From the NCBI RefSeq assembly GCF_009914755.1, contig NC_060938.1: a stretch of 64,000 nt of DNA. The stretch is one strand, 5' to 3'. How positions within the stretch are numbered: position 1 is the first letter of the stretch; each line of letters opens with the position of its first letter. The notes beneath the pieces are model-generated. The model was not told the origin of the DNA and searched no databases. It saw nothing but the letters and a program-made list of their open reading frames with translations. The stretch is from the human T2T-CHM13v2.0 reference genome, Homo sapiens. The position numbers and the translations under genes were made by a program. Shown piece by piece: positions 63,516-64,000 of the stretch.

Positions 63516-64000
63516 AAATTTTGAAGCAGGGGACTCTATTTACATTGAAATATAAATAAAAATATTTCCAAGTGAAAAAAAAAGATTCGGATTAAGTTAT
63601 GAAGGTTAAAATATAGTTAAAATTTGGAAAAAAGTCTACATTAGCGTAATGATTTTTAAAACAAATATACTTTTGTTACATTTTGCTATATATAAATTAA
63701 GCTAGTAGCTAATAAGATATTTCCAGTAAATATCAGGACTTCCCTAATGAAGAGATTAAATCAACTCTTTGTCATCACTGTGTTATTTTATTCCTAAAAT
63801 AAAATAACCATGTCATAAGCATAATGAAATTACAATTAAATTTGTTCTCTTGTTTCTCTCTCTATACTGCTCACTTCACAATCTGATATGCAAAGGTGAC
63901 TTCCAAAGAAAACAATTTTTTTGAAGAAAAAAGTAAACTCTAGTCTATCTGTATTCTATTATTCCCAATAATGAATCAAGTTTGTGATTAATGAATATGT

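Overview
This is an AT-rich, repeat-dense primate genomic window, probably intergenic or deep intronic. AluY-type and L1PA3-like elements point to a catarrhine, most likely an ape (inference). I find no supportable host gene, RNA gene, CRISPR array or new biological system, and every long ORF is a decayed LINE-1 ORF2 piece or an Alu/L1 antisense artefact. Roughly half the window is transposon-derived: L1 (old L1M to young L1PA), Alu, MIR, L2, MaLR/ERV LTRs (MLT1, MLT2, MST, MER21, one unassigned) and DNA transposons (MER20, ORSL, Tigger3). The notable signal is structural. There are three 5'-inverted (twin-priming type) L1s, one missing about 2.1 kb at the inversion. There is also a fold-back L1MA, a tail-to-tail L1 pair about 35 bp apart, a TSD-less L1 with mosaic variants, an internally deleted Alu with a perfect 17-bp TSD, and several local duplications and hairpins in unique sequence. 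Subfamily names are by-eye recognitions from memory, not database results. Boundaries without a TSD are approximate.
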